Origin: Malacoraja senta
Taxonomy: Eukaryota
DNA length: 64,000 nt
Assembly (NCBI GenBank): GCA_038087875.1
Contig: CM075996.1
Span: 7,938,001-8,002,000 of the forward strand
Direction: 5' to 3'
Of this stretch, positions 62,293 to 64,000 are shown in pieces. A model generated the notes under the pieces. The model was given only the letters and a program-made list of their open reading frames with translations. It had not been told where the DNA came from and did not search any database. The translations under genes and the position numbers were made by a program. The first letter of the stretch is position 1. Each line of letters opens with the position of its first letter.

Positions 62293-63249
62293 CTAGACTA
62301 AGTGAGACCCTTGTAGAAGAGCTGAGTCTGCTCCCTGCAATCATTTGAAGCTTTGGATCACCTTGCCTGCACTGTCAATTAATGCTAGGTGGCTATTCCA
62401 CTGAAGAGCTACCTGTTCCTTCTGAAGATCCTGCTCAGCTTAAGCATCTCCACAGCCACCCCACAAGTCCACATTACGATGCATCCGTCTGGGAATTAAA
62501 GCTCTATTGTAACTCCGATTACTTGCAATAAATGCTAATTTAACAACTGGGGAAAGACAGGAAAGTCTGCCATGGTCTGAAGTTTGACGCTACCAAAGTC
62601 AGGTTCATTAACTCCTTCCAGTAACTCTGGAACTGTAGCCTTTTCACCGATTGCTGGAACATCACAGAAAGTGATGCAGCTAATTTTTGCATAGCAAAGA
62701 TAGACACAAAAAGCTGGAGTAACTCATTGGGTCGGACAGCATCTCTAGAGAAAAGGAATAGGTGACGTTTCGGGTTGAGACCCTTTAGATAGTCAGAGGA
62801 AAGGGAAACGAGAGATATAGAAGATAAATAAAATAAATGAATGAAAGATATGCAAAAAGTAACGATGTTCACTGATTCTTAGAACCAACAATGGTCCATT
62901 GTTGGCTGTGGGGAAGGTGATAACGAGTGAAATTAAGTAGGACGACAGTGAAAGTAGTACGATGACTAGGGTGGGAGTGGGACGGAGAGAGAGGCAATAC
63001 AAGAGTTATTTAAAGTTGGAGAAATCAATATTCATAATAAAACTATGAGTCTGGTGCCACTCTGAACTCTGATCCTTCCCTTCCCACCTGGTCTGATTTT
63101 GGGAGTCCCACGGCCTCTGCTCAACCCTCGTGCATGTTTGAGGCAGGACAGCAGTAACTGGTGACCTGCTGAACGCTGCCGATCGGCCTGGCGAGCTTTG
63201 GTTCCTTCTGGTATCTCTGCCTCACTGTGCCCCCTGCCCCCTCTCTCAG

Positions 63250-63362
63250 GTGCTGGCCAAACACGTCATGAACGTGCACCTGAGCGCCCTGACGCAGACG
63301 CACGCCGTGGAGGGAGAGATCGAGCTCAACAAGCTGAAGAGATTCATCGCCTACTGTCGCTC
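63250..63362 (+). CDS. MCM5: MCM5 coding exon 12 (gene continues beyond the window)
   Basis: [37 protein letters not shown]|gtgagt. Confidence 0.96.
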
Positions 63363-64000
63363 GTGAGTGGGGGGGACATCCGTCCAGAACTGGGGGGTGG
63401 GGGGGAGAGACTCTTTGCCCAGTGCCCCGACCTGCACGATGGCACAGATCAGTGAGGCCGGGGGGATTCGTGGCCTGTTGGGGAGGCTCCACTGTAGCCC
63501 CTGTGAATTCTACCATGATCAAGAGTGTTTAATTGGCTCTTGATCATGGTGGCATTCAAAGGGGAATGCATCAGGAACAGAATGTCTTTACATGCTGTGT
63601 TTAGTTTAGTCTAGAGATACGGCGTGGAAACAGCCCTTCGACCCACCGAGTCCACGCCGACCAGCAATCCCTGTACACTAGCCCGAAACTACTTCTTGGG
63701 TTTGGCGTGCACAGCCTAAAGTTGTAAGTCAACTTGTTCTATTTGATCTTGTTTGTGCAAGTCGTGTTGATTGCATTAGTCGAAACAGGATGGACCACGT
63801 GAAGGTTGCAATCTCCCATCCCAGCCCTAAACTACACACTAGGGACCATTTACAACTGAAGCAAATTAACCTACAAATCTAAAGGCCTTTGGCGTGTGGG
63901 AGGAAACCAGAGCACCTGGAGGAAACCCACGCAGTCACAGGGAGAGCATACAAACTGCACAGACAGCACCCGTGGACAGGATCAAACCCGGGTCTCTGGC

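Overview
Repeat-rich vertebrate genomic DNA. The CR1/HER1 LINEs, HE1-like SINEs and Penelope remnants suggest a cartilaginous fish (skate/ray-like; inferred). There is a 200-N assembly gap at 11993-12192. The window holds the conserved HMOX1-MCM5 block. HMOX1 coding exons 2-5 lie at 15254-18689 (+); exons 2-3 carry several 1-2 nt indels that look like consensus errors. The first 12 coding exons of MCM5 lie at 37257-63362 (+), and the gene continues past the window. Between them, on the minus strand and head-to-head with MCM5, is an apparently spliced gene. Its last exon is a hAT-transposase-derived ZMYM1-like ORF with the second catalytic Asp changed to Cys and an in-frame loss of the CxxH/insertion domain, so it is a candidate domesticated transposase that may share MCM5's E2F/CCAAT promoter. 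Other notable items: about 20 full or partial minimal hammerhead-ribozyme motifs on Penelope ends, including ~200-bp fold-back inserts with 14-16 bp TSDs; a full-length Passport-like Tc1 with an open DD34E ORF; an intronic tRNA-Arg(CCT); several MITE families; a nested L1 tail; and an ERV integrase relic. All calls are from reading the sequence by eye, and family names are from memory rather than database searches.
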